From a virus (taxonomy: Duplodnaviria > Caudoviricetes), in IMG/VR virus record IMGVR_UViG_3300022173_000070, positions 1 through 46,604 of that record: a DNA stretch of 46,604 bases. One strand, 5' to 3'. The position numbers and the translations under genes are program-made. The notes beneath the pieces are model-generated. The model ran no database searches, was not told the DNA's origin, and worked only from the letters and a program-made list of their open reading frames with translations. Numbering within the stretch: position 1 is the first letter of the stretch; each line of letters opens with the position of its first letter. Positions 8,581 to 16,308 of the stretch are shown one piece after another.

Positions 8581-8856
8581 TTAAACGGGACGAACTGGCC
8601 GCAACGCGGCGTCAGGGAAGCCAACGCCTCCTTCCTTCCAAGCGCGAACTTTGGTGCGGTACGCACGCCATTGCGTTTCCGTGCCAGGCAACGCGGCCGG
8701 GTCGGCGTCTTCAATGGCAATGAGCTGATCCGCGATAACGGCCAGTTCCGCGACGCGCCATGCGTCCTCTTCGATAACGTGCTGCGCCCGCAAAATCGCG
8801 GCGGCCTCGGCGTCTTTCATGGCTTTGGTAATGAGCTGGGACCAGTCGATATTCAT
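8581..8856 (-). CDS. Tail fibre assembly protein (91 aa)
   Basis: MNIDWSQLITKAMK...WRAYR...FPD..RP pattern typical of Pseudomonas tail-fibre chaperones. Confidence 0.75.
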   Translation of the reverse strand: MNIDWSQLITKAMKDAEAAAILRAQHVIEEDAWRVAELAVIADQLIAIEDADPAALPGTETQWRAYRTKVRAWKEGGVGFPDAALRPVRPV

Positions 8857-9191
8857 GCGGTGAACTCCCCGTCGCGGGCGGCCATTTGTTCGGGGGTCAG
8901 TGGCTGCGGGAACGCCACGGGGCCATCTGGCACGTCGACCAGATCGACCGGAAACGCTTGTTCCGGGGAGTAGTTCCACGGGTTGGGTAGGAGCAGGGTC
9001 AGGGTCAGTTCGCCGTCGAGTTTGTCCACGTCTCCAGCGAACCACAGGGAGCCGATGGCGGAACGGGGCAAAGTGTCGCCCTCGCCCATGGGCGTCAGGT
9101 CGAAGGCCTCGCCGTTGACTGTCAGAATGTCCCCGGTTTTAACCACGTCCAGGGTGTCGTCGCGCCGTTGCGGACTGAGTTTGATGCGCAT
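8853..9191 (-). CDS. Tail fibre-associated protein (112 aa)
   Basis: MRIKLSPQRRDD...LTVNGEAFD; coupled to the tail fibre stop. Confidence 0.75.
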   Translation of the reverse strand: MRIKLSPQRRDDTLDVVKTGDILTVNGEAFDLTPMGEGDTLPRSAIGSLWFAGDVDKLDGELTLTLLLPNPWNYSPEQAFPVDLVDVPDGPVAFPQPLTPEQMAARDGEFTA

Positions 9192-10654
9192 TAGAACCAC
9201 CTCCCGATGGCGATATATCCCGCGTAGGAAGTAGCGCCGTTTACGACGCCAATTAAGCGCATTGCCATCGCCGCCGTACTTGCGCTGCCCTCGATTGCGG
9301 CCCATACGACTTGCGGGGTTGTGATGGCGGACGGAACAACCATCGGGGTTCCGACGAAGCCCACAGGGAACGCTAAAGTGATGTTCACGCTGATGTACTG
9401 GGAGCCGTAAGACGTTGTGAGCGCGTATTGCGTAGAGGTGTAGAACCAGCAGACTTGCGTGCCGTCGGCGTACTTGATGTAACGGCCGTTCGCGTTGCTG
9501 CCCGTGTCCATTAGCGCGCCGGTTGGGACGCCTGCGGTCTGCGAAACCGCGCCGAGGATGTTTGAACGCTGGTACGCCGTCGCCTGCATGTTGGCCATGT
9601 CGCTGGCCAACTGCGCCGCATCTACGGACCCAGGATTGATGACTGCGCCGAACAACTTGACGACCCAGCAACCGGTGACGTTGAGCGGGCGCGCTTCAGT
9701 GGTGCCGCTCGCCCCGGTCGTACCCGTGCCGTTGTTATTGTCGAAATACGCTTGGCCACCGCCCGCCACACCCGCCGACGCGGCTGGGGATGCCAGCGCG
9801 TAGCCGTGCGTGTGGGACAGGTTCGCCGACGCTTGCAGAAGGCCGTTGGTGCCCGCCGATTGCGCACCGTCACCGCGCATGAACACCGCGCCGAGCGAGC
9901 CGGTGTACTTACCGTTGTAGTCCGGCATGCGGAAGTTCGTCGAACCGTCGCCCAGGGTGTATTTGCCGCGTTGCAAGACCGTTGATAGCCAAGTGGCGTC
10001 AGCCACGGTTGGCACGTTGCCCGCGGCAATTGCGGCGGCTGCATCCGGGTAAGTGGCGCGGCTGAGCAACTGGCCATCCGCGACCACGAAGCCGGGCGGA
10101 ACAGCGGCGCGGTTGGGCCACCATGTCGTGAAGAACACGGGCAAGGAGTCGCCGCCGACCTGTGCCCACTGCCCGTTTTGGTAGCCTTCGAACCGGGTCA
10201 ACTGGCTGTTGTATCGGAACTGGCCTTCAACCGGTGCGACCGGGCGCTGCGCGTTGTTCCCAGTCGGGATCGTGGCGGCGCCGGTCGTTGCATCACGCGG
10301 TACGGCCAGCGTGGCGTTAGTCGCGACAACCGTTTCCAGGGCGTCAACTTCGGCCTGCGCCGTGTCCGCTTTGCTGACGCCCAAGTTCGCTTGGGTTTGC
10401 GCGGTCGCGGCGTTCGCAATACCGGTGTTCGCGCTGGTCTGCGCCGCGACTGCTGCGGCCATGGCTGCGTCTGCGTCCCCACCCACTTCGACTACATCGC
10501 TTTTGCGCGCCAGCGGATAACCGCCCACGGTCACGCCGTCATGAACGACCGCCGTTTTCTTGTCGGTGTCGACCGTAATCTCACCCACTGCGCCAGTAAA
10601 GACGGCGTGTTCAGCGGTGGAACCGCGACGACGTTGGACCTGTTTACCCGCCAT
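9191..10654 (-). CDS. Tail fibre with Mtd_N-like N-terminus and collar domain
   Basis: VQRRRGSTAEHAVFTGAVGEITVDTDKKTAVVHDGVTVGG; collar motif GFVVADGQLLSRATYP...GDGSTNFRMPD; C-terminal GSNANGRYIKYADGTQVCW. Confidence 0.88.
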   Translation of the reverse strand: MAGKQVQRRRGSTAEHAVFTGAVGEITVDTDKKTAVVHDGVTVGGYPLARKSDVVEVGGDADAAMAAAVAAQTSANTGIANAATAQTQANLGVSKADTAQAEVDALETVVATNATLAVPRDATTGAATIPTGNNAQRPVAPVEGQFRYNSQLTRFEGYQNGQWAQVGGDSLPVFFTTWWPNRAAVPPGFVVADGQLLSRATYPDAAAAIAAGNVPTVADATWLSTVLQRGKYTLGDGSTNFRMPDYNGKYTGSLGAVFMRGDGAQSAGTNGLLQASANLSHTHGYALASPAASAGVAGGGQAYFDNNNGTGTTGASGTTEARPLNVTGCWVVKLFGAVINPGSVDAAQLASDMANMQATAYQRSNILGAVSQTAGVPTGALMDTGSNANGRYIKYADGTQVCWFYTSTQYALTTSYGSQYISVNITLAFPVGFVGTPMVVPSAITTPQVVWAAIEGSASTAAMAMRLIGVVNGATSYAGYIAIGRWF

Positions 10655-10672
10655 AGCGGAGCCTCCGTTTGA

Positions 10673-11488
10673 TTAGGCTGTGACTTCGCCCCAGTCTTCG
10701 GCGGACGAAATGGACTCGTAAACGAACCCCCAGTCGTCCACGAAAATCGGCATGATTTGAACGCTTGAAGAAATTTTTACGAGGACGTTTTGCGTGCCCG
10801 TGGCAGGCGGCGGCGTGAAGGTCAGCGTGGTGCCGGTGACGGCGTACTTCGACGGGTTGACCACCAGACCGCCGATAAACACGTCCAGAAATTCTTCGTC
10901 GGCAATCGACTTCGGCAGCTCATAGCTGGCCTGCGCCGAGTTGCCATCGAACACGACGGTGCGCGGTGCGAGTGCATCGAGCGCGCCGGACAATTGGCTG
11001 TAGTAGAAGTGCGACAGGTCCGCGCTGGCCGCGCTTTGCACGGCCTCGGCTTCGGACTGGTCCGCACTGACATCTGCGGCGGCGGCACTGGCGGCGGCAC
11101 TGGCCGCGCTCATTGCGCTTTGGTCCGCGAAGTTTTCGGCCTGATCGCGAGCCGTAACCGCTTGGTCTTTGTAGACCAGCGTGTCGGCCTTGATCTGATT
11201 CATCACGACGATGGCTGGACCGGTGATGTTCGCCGCGCCCTCTTCGGCCACTTCGGTGACGTAATCCAGCGCGTCTTGCGCAAGCTGGTCTTTGCCCACC
11301 GACGCGTTTCGCAACTTGCCGTCGTCACGCTGAATTTCAGCCAGTCGCGCCTGCGTCTGATCCATCGACACTTCGACGGCGTTGAACTCGGCGTCCAAGT
11401 CCGTGCCTTGAATCGGGTTCGACGGATTGTTCGACGAGGCCGAACCAAACGGGTGTTTACGGTCGTATGGCTTCGGAATCTGGCTCAT
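10673..11488 (-). CDS. Tail fibre adaptor/anchor protein
   Basis: N-terminal LDAEFNAV...RLAEIQRDDG domain, Ala/Ser coiled coil, beta domain, C-terminal DWG repeats. Confidence 0.7.
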   Translation of the reverse strand: MSQIPKPYDRKHPFGSASSNNPSNPIQGTDLDAEFNAVEVSMDQTQARLAEIQRDDGKLRNASVGKDQLAQDALDYVTEVAEEGAANITGPAIVVMNQIKADTLVYKDQAVTARDQAENFADQSAMSAASAAASAAAADVSADQSEAEAVQSAASADLSHFYYSQLSGALDALAPRTVVFDGNSAQASYELPKSIADEEFLDVFIGGLVVNPSKYAVTGTTLTFTPPPATGTQNVLVKISSSVQIMPIFVDDWGFVYESISSAEDWGEVTA

Positions 11489-12027
11489 TACGCGTTCTCC
11501 AGGGCGACGACGCGTGCGGTCAGCGCCTGAATCTGCGTGGCCAGCAAGGACAAGGCGCTTTGCACGTTAGTGACGGGGACCGACGAAATCGGCTGCACAG
11601 GAATGGACGACGCCGCAATCGGCTGGTTGATGAACATCCAGTTACCGGCCGTTACGTCGGCGGCGAAGTTGCCCGAAGACACATGCGCCACCACTGCCGC
11701 CCACAAAATCCCGTCCGCGTTGACCGCATCACCAATCGCGTACCCGGTCAGCGTCACCCACGCACCGCGGGGGTAGAACCCGCCCGTCAGCACGGCGAGC
11801 ATGTCGGCGCTTAGCTGTTCCTTACCCACTGCTCCATTGGCCAGTGAACCGTCGTCGTTCTGGATTTGGGCCAACCGATCCTGCGTATCAGTGATCGAGG
11901 TGCGGACAGCGTTGAACTCGGCGTCCAGTTGTGTGCCGGGCGCCGGCTCGCCAGGGTGATTGGCTTCCCAGTCGGTAAACGACGTCTGGCGCGTGTACGG
12001 CGCGGGCAAAGGCGTGGAAACAGGCAT
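11488..12027 (-). CDS. Tail appendage protein with the same anchor domain plus a CBM5/12-like module
   Basis: LDAEFNAV...RLAQIQNDDG; GAWVTLTGYAIGDAVNADGILWAAVVAH pattern. Confidence 0.7.
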   Translation of the reverse strand: MPVSTPLPAPYTRQTSFTDWEANHPGEPAPGTQLDAEFNAVRTSITDTQDRLAQIQNDDGSLANGAVGKEQLSADMLAVLTGGFYPRGAWVTLTGYAIGDAVNADGILWAAVVAHVSSGNFAADVTAGNWMFINQPIAASSIPVQPISSVPVTNVQSALSLLATQIQALTARVVALENA

Positions 12028-12197
12028 GGTCCGGCGACCTCGGGGATAGCTGATTGCCGGGTAGTGTAGTTGTCCGTTGTCCGCACGGACAGTCTATTTA
12101 CTGAAATTGTGAGCGGCGAGCGGGGTCCGCTGGATCAGTGGCCGGCAGTTGCGCCAGATTGAGGCCTAAGCGGTGTGACACCGGTTAGGTGTGTCGC

Positions 12198-12261
12198 TTG
12201 TACATTTGGACAGATGGACAATTGGTCAGTAGCACAATTGGACAGATGGACAATTGTTCAG
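12198..12261. repeat. Octamer array 3 (8 units)
   Basis: TTGTACAT TTGGACAG ATGGACAA TTGGTCAG TAGCACAA TTGGACAG ATGGACAA TTGTTCAG. Confidence 0.9.
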
Positions 12262-12265
12262 GGGA

Positions 12266-12282
12266 TACGACGATATGTAGTA
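12266..12282. promoter_or_regulatory. 17-bp palindromic operator
   Basis: TACGAC-GATAT-GTAGTA upstream of the late tail/lysis operon. Confidence 0.7.
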
Positions 12283-12532
12283 ATCATGTTTAGGGGGCGA
12301 AATTTTGTCAGATTGGCCGATAGGAATTCACACGTACGCGAGCGACTAGGGGGGAGGGGTGGACAGGGGGTCGGCTGGCTTGGCCCATGCTGCGGCCTGC
12401 CTCGCTCTGCTCGGCTGGTGGCTGCGCCCCCTGAAAAGCCCCGCCCCATGCAGGAGGGGGGCTATTGCCTGACCATGCTGTTAGCAGGTCGGGACATACC
12501 CATAGTCTGCTACAGACGATAGGTATGCAGCT

Positions 12533-13102
12533 CTAGCCCAGCAAATCCGCCACTTCTAGGCGTGTCACTAGGTCTAGTTGCTGTTCGGTTGTGCTGTTAA
12601 CCCTCTCAGCGGTGCCCTGGACCGTTGCTGACTGCAATCCGGCCAGCACCTTGTCACCTTGCTTAATGAAGGCGCCCAGCTCTGCCAGGGTCATATCTGC
12701 TAGCGCTTTGCCATTATCTGACATCATATCCGCCTGACCATGCCCAGCCGTCTCTAGTACCCACTTGCAGGCCGCGAAGCGTACCGAGGCCGGTGTGCGC
12801 TCCCGGTCCGTGATTAGCGCCTTGAGTTCGGCGAACGCGAGCCCCCCTAATTCGCCCTCAATGAAGCCCTGCCGGGCCTCTAAGACGGCTTTTATGACCT
12901 TCGGATCATTCCGTAAACGGAAGCCCGACGTTTCGGGGTTTGCGTACCCTGCCTTCTCGGCTGCGAGTGTGGCCATACCGGTACGGGAGAACACGCGAAT
13001 GAACGTGGCACGGGCTTCGGAGACTTTTCCGTCCGATGTCGGGCCGCGTCTTGGCGTCGGCGCTGCGCCTTCTTTGATTGCAGTTAACGCCTGATTGGCC
13101 AT
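12533..13102 (-). CDS. terS: Terminase small subunit (putative)
   Basis: ATLAAEKAGYANPETSGFRLRNDPKV resembles the TerS HTH pattern A..AGY.....G.RL...P.V; helical VRFAACKWVLE segment. Confidence 0.7.
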   Translation of the reverse strand: MANQALTAIKEGAAPTPRRGPTSDGKVSEARATFIRVFSRTGMATLAAEKAGYANPETSGFRLRNDPKVIKAVLEARQGFIEGELGGLAFAELKALITDRERTPASVRFAACKWVLETAGHGQADMMSDNGKALADMTLAELGAFIKQGDKVLAGLQSATVQGTAERVNSTTEQQLDLVTRLEVADLLG

Positions 13103-13174
13103 GCTTCGAATCCTCAATAAGTGCGACATCCTGGTACGAGCAAGTTAGACCACTGGTCAACTAATCACCAAACT

Positions 13175-13239
13175 TACTACCGTTCGTCGCATTTATCCAT
13201 TGTCCGTGCGGACAGGTGGAATTACTACACAATGTCGTA
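13175..13239. promoter_or_regulatory. Two 17-bp operators in the divergent terS/early-gene gap
   Basis: TACTAC-CGTTC-GTCGCA (13175-13191) and TACTAC-ACAAT-GTCGTA (13223-13239). Confidence 0.7.
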
Positions 13240-13285
13240 TATGTTTAGGTCTAGTTTCACAAACACACACAACGGAGTCACCCTC

Positions 13286-13567
13286 ATGACTATTCAAGCA
13301 ATCGCATTCAACACTGGCCGGGGATACTCCCGAGAAGGCCAACGCATAGTGGCCAAAGTGTTATCCACCGAACCTGACGAACATATACCAATGCACCGCT
13401 TTGCATTCGCTGACCTGGATCGCGGTATCTATGGCCGCGCCACCTGCTTTGGCGAGTTCAATCAGAACAACATCATGGCCGCCTATGACGCCGGGAACTA
13501 TGAGGGCACTTGGTCAACCGCTGACTTTCACGACGCCCACGAATACTACCGGGAGCTAACAGCATGA
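13286..13567 (+). CDS. Early hypothetical protein (93 aa)
   Basis: GGAG RBS, ATG at 13286 (MTIQAIAFNTGRGYS). Confidence 0.75.
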   Translation: MTIQAIAFNTGRGYSREGQRIVAKVLSTEPDEHIPMHRFAFADLDRGIYGRATCFGEFNQNNIMAAYDAGNYEGTWSTADFHDAHEYYRELTA

Positions 13568-13734
13568 GCGCCGTTCGCCGTGTGTCCGTGTTCGGCCTAG
13601 TCGCTGCACTGCCTGCCGCTGGCTGCGCCGTGTTCCTCTCGCACATCGCCTACACGCTGGACAACGAGGCACTTGCCGCCGTGTTCACCCTGGCAGGCGT
13701 GGCCATCGTCTACGGCGGCTCAAAGATTCGCTAA
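13564..13734 (+). CDS. Small two-TM membrane protein (56 aa), absent from the ORF track
   Basis: ATGA overlap with upstream gene; MSAVRRVSVFGLVAALPAAGCAVFLSHIAYTLDNEALAAVFTLAGVAIVYGGSKIR. Confidence 0.7.
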   Translation: MSAVRRVSVFGLVAALPAAGCAVFLSHIAYTLDNEALAAVFTLAGVAIVYGGSKIR

Positions 13735-13767
13735 ACCCGTGGTCCGCTGGACAGGCGGACCAACTAA

Positions 13768-13784
13768 CACGACAATCTGTCGCA
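13768..13784. promoter_or_regulatory. 17-bp palindromic operator
   Basis: CACGAC-AATCT-GTCGCA, intergenic. Confidence 0.6.
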
Positions 13785-13811
13785 ACAATCCGCCCTCACG
13801 GAGTAACAGAC

Positions 13812-14057
13812 ATGACTCGCCAAGAATACAAACAAGCCCGCCGCCTGCTACGCGATAACGGCCGCATGGCTTTCCGCTGGATCAAAGACGAAGAAGTCCG
13901 CGAAGCACTGCGCGACCTGCGCGACGGCCAAGACCTGCTAGCAGAACGCCAGGACATCGTTCTTTACTGCCAGCGCGAAGGGTTTGCCTACACATTCAAC
14001 CATCTGCGCCTGCTCCACCCTTACTGGTCGGGCCTGACCGAATCCACCGCTAGGTGA
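13812..14057 (+). CDS. Early hypothetical protein (81 aa)
   Basis: Preceded by the shared ATCCGCCCTCACGGAG leader. Confidence 0.8.
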   Translation: MTRQEYKQARRLLRDNGRMAFRWIKDEEVREALRDLRDGQDLLAERQDIVLYCQREGFAYTFNHLRLLHPYWSGLTESTAR

Positions 14058-14120
14058 TTGAGTCGAGCGCCTGCTAACACGGGCGCTCCGCTGAACCACC
14101 CACCATCCGCCCTCACGGAG
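14058..14120 (+). repeat. Intergenic cassette repeat, copy 1 (hairpin plus RBS)
   Basis: Near-identical to 14679-14743; its last 16 bp also occur at 13788-13803. Confidence 0.9.
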
Positions 14121-14129
14121 TAACACGAC

Positions 14130-14672
14130 ATGACCGACACCACACGCCGCATCTGCATTCAGAACTGGGCCACCTACAACGAAGGCCGGCTAGATGGCCG
14201 CTGGTACGACCTAGAGGACTACGCCGACCTTGAAGCCCTGGAAGCCGCTGTGAAAGCCAACAACCGCGCCGACGCTGAGGAATTCATGCTGGCCGACTTC
14301 GAAGGCTTCCCTGATGGCCTGATTACCGAAAACACCCACTACAGCAAGGCGCTGGAAATCAGCCAACAACTGGACGACGTGGACGACATGGCCGTACTGC
14401 TCGCCTACATCGACGCCGTGGGCATCCACTACGCCGAACTCCCCGAGTTGATCGAACAGGCCGAAGGCCGCCACCGAGGCACAGCAGACAACGAGAAAGA
14501 GTTTGCCGAAGAATATGCCGCTCAAGCGGGCTACATCCCGCAGGACTCTTTCCCTAGTGACTCGCCATTTCGATACATCGACTGGCAATGGTACTGGGAC
14601 GGCCAACTGCGCTTTTCCTTCGTCACTGGCAACGACAGCGAAGGCAATCTGCACTTCTTCACCAATGACTAA
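14130..14672 (+). CDS. ardA: ArdA antirestriction protein
   Basis: YNEGRLDGRW, EEFMLADFEGFP and FRYIDW motifs; strongly acidic; 180 aa. Confidence 0.88.
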   Translation: MTDTTRRICIQNWATYNEGRLDGRWYDLEDYADLEALEAAVKANNRADAEEFMLADFEGFPDGLITENTHYSKALEISQQLDDVDDMAVLLAYIDAVGIHYAELPELIEQAEGRHRGTADNEKEFAEEYAAQAGYIPQDSFPSDSPFRYIDWQWYWDGQLRFSFVTGNDSEGNLHFFTND

Positions 14673-14678
14673 GAGTGC

Positions 14679-14743
14679 TTGAGTCGAGCGCCTGCTAACG
14701 CGGGCGTTCCGCTGAATCACCCAAACCATCCGCCCTCACGGAG
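14679..14743 (+). repeat. Intergenic cassette repeat, copy 2
   Basis: TTGAGTCGAGCGCCTGCTAACGCGGGCGTTCCGCTGAA...ATCCGCCCTCACGGAG. Confidence 0.9.
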
Positions 14744-14751
14744 CAGCAAGC

Positions 14752-15135
14752 ATGAACAACGAACCCCAAATAATCGCCCTGCAAGCGCTGATTGGCCGCG
14801 CCCCTATCAAGGTGAACAGCGCCAACCGCGGCAACGTGCGCAAGTGGTGCCGCGCTGTGGGCGTGGCTTCCTTGGTCGTGGAAAAGCTGACCACTGCCGA
14901 GCTGGCCAACGCGTACAACGATGCCCAGGCGCTGGCCGACCTGATCATGCAGACGCCTGCGCCCCGCACACGGCCGGCTGCTACCCTGCCGATTGACCAT
15001 GAGCAACTGGCCGCCATGATCCGGCTCGCCGTGGCCGACGTGCTGGCCGAGCTGCGCGACGTACAAGGCGCCCCCCTGACCGAAACGCGAGTCCGTGAGC
15101 TGATCGCGGAAGCCGTGAAGGCAACCGCCCGCTAA
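14752..15135 (+). CDS. Early hypothetical protein (127 aa)
   Basis: Shared leader/RBS; phage-like codon usage. Confidence 0.8.
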   Translation: MNNEPQIIALQALIGRAPIKVNSANRGNVRKWCRAVGVASLVVEKLTTAELANAYNDAQALADLIMQTPAPRTRPAATLPIDHEQLAAMIRLAVADVLAELRDVQGAPLTETRVRELIAEAVKATAR

Positions 15136-15247
15136 AACCCCCTGCCATCCTGTCCGTGGCTTCGCTGCGGACGAGATCGCCGGAAAGATGAATCGACGTA
15201 CTGCCTTTTTCGAACGCGTCTCCTACGCGCTTACAGGAGCTTACAGA

Positions 15248-15379
15248 ATGAGCCACGACCCCGACCTACTCGCGCAGCAGCAACGCCGCCGACGCTTACA
15301 AACGGCGCTTCTGTGGATTCCGTGGGCGCTGATCGCCATCATCTTGGCCCTGCTAGCAGTTCGTCCGCACATAGGCTAG
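15248..15379 (+). CDS. Small single-TM protein (43 aa)
   Basis: AGGAG RBS; RRRR followed by a hydrophobic helix. Confidence 0.6.
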   Translation: MSHDPDLLAQQQRRRRLQTALLWIPWALIAIILALLAVRPHIG

Positions 15380-15415
15380 TCTGCGGCTGCACGCGGCACG
15401 CAGGCCGTAAGACAG

Positions 15416-15445
15416 AACCCCGTCAGAGTCTTGGCGGGGTTTTTT
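15416..15445 (+). terminator. Intrinsic terminator of the early cassette operon
   Basis: AACCCCGTCA/TGGCGGGGTT stem with T-run. Confidence 0.8.
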
Positions 15446-15460
15446 ATGCCCGCGATTTGG

Positions 15461-15979
15461 CTAGGCGAGCCAATCCCTGTCGCTGTGCTGCCACTCGCGA
15501 ACCGCTATCCACAGGCTGGTGCCGAGGCTGGGCATGGCGAACCGCTTATCCGTGACAAGGCGCACCACCTGACTGTCATCGAACCAGCCAATGCCGTTCA
15601 GCGCATCGAGCGCCAGCTTGCCGACGTTATCCAAGTCCGGCTTGGTCACTGGCCGGGTCTGGTCCGCATGGGCCAGTGCTTGCTGCTTGAGGTTCCAACT
15701 CTTGGGGATGGGGTTGTGGATCAGCAGGCGCACTTCCAGGGGGCCAGACAGCAGCACCTGCCCCACCTGATCCATCCAGCACTGGCGCACCCAGGCCTCG
15801 CCTTTCAACGTCGTATCCGGGGTATACAGCGTCACCTTCCCGCCCCTACTGCGTGCCCTTGGCCTACCTTTGGCCACTGGCTTTCCGGGGATGTGACATA
15901 TCAACCACCTGTCGCACTCGTCCAAAAGGCCCGTTCTAGACGGCTCTACGCCTAAAAGGTCCATCAATGTGGTCGCCAT
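15461..15979 (-). CDS. rusA: RusA-family Holliday junction resolvase
   Basis: PGKPVAKGRPR and KPDLDNVGKLALDALNGIGWFDDSQVV motifs. Confidence 0.92.
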   Translation of the reverse strand: MATTLMDLLGVEPSRTGLLDECDRWLICHIPGKPVAKGRPRARSRGGKVTLYTPDTTLKGEAWVRQCWMDQVGQVLLSGPLEVRLLIHNPIPKSWNLKQQALAHADQTRPVTKPDLDNVGKLALDALNGIGWFDDSQVVRLVTDKRFAMPSLGTSLWIAVREWQHSDRDWLA

Positions 15980-16039
15980 TCTGTGCCCCTTTATTTCAGC
16001 CAGAACACCCAGCGCGAAGGCTCTAGTACGCGGCTTTGA

Positions 16040-16290
16040 GCCCCATTTGTGCCACTTTATCGTGTTCCACTAGATGGGGGCATCGTCGGAGGCGTGTGTG
16101 TGAGCGTGTGTGTAGGTGTATGTGTGTAATGGATACTTAGTTAAAGTGGAACAACAAGAACAACAAGAACACTATTACCAGAAACAATAAGCAAAACAGA
16201 GAGTTACGAGAGATTGCGACATTTTGTGTAAACAGGAACAAGTGGCACAAAACAGCGTTTAACTGGAACACTTACTACGCTTAGTCGTAA
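16040..16290. other. Candidate replication origin
   Basis: AT-rich non-coding gap just downstream of the primase-helicase; GTGG(A/C)ACA-type repeats in both orientations; GT-rich tract; operator TACTAC-GCTTA-GTCGTA at 16273-16289. Confidence 0.55.
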
Positions 16291-16308
16291 CTCTCTGCCG
16301 CTCTTACA

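Noticed and set aside
9191-10654. Diversity-generating retroelement suggested by Mtd_N
   Set aside because: No reverse transcriptase, no avd, no TR/VR repeat pair seen; the C-terminus is an ordinary fibre domain
13788-14743. CRISPR array or integron attC sites
   Set aside because: Only 2-3 repeats, separated by whole genes; no cas genes; no GTTRRRY core ends recognised
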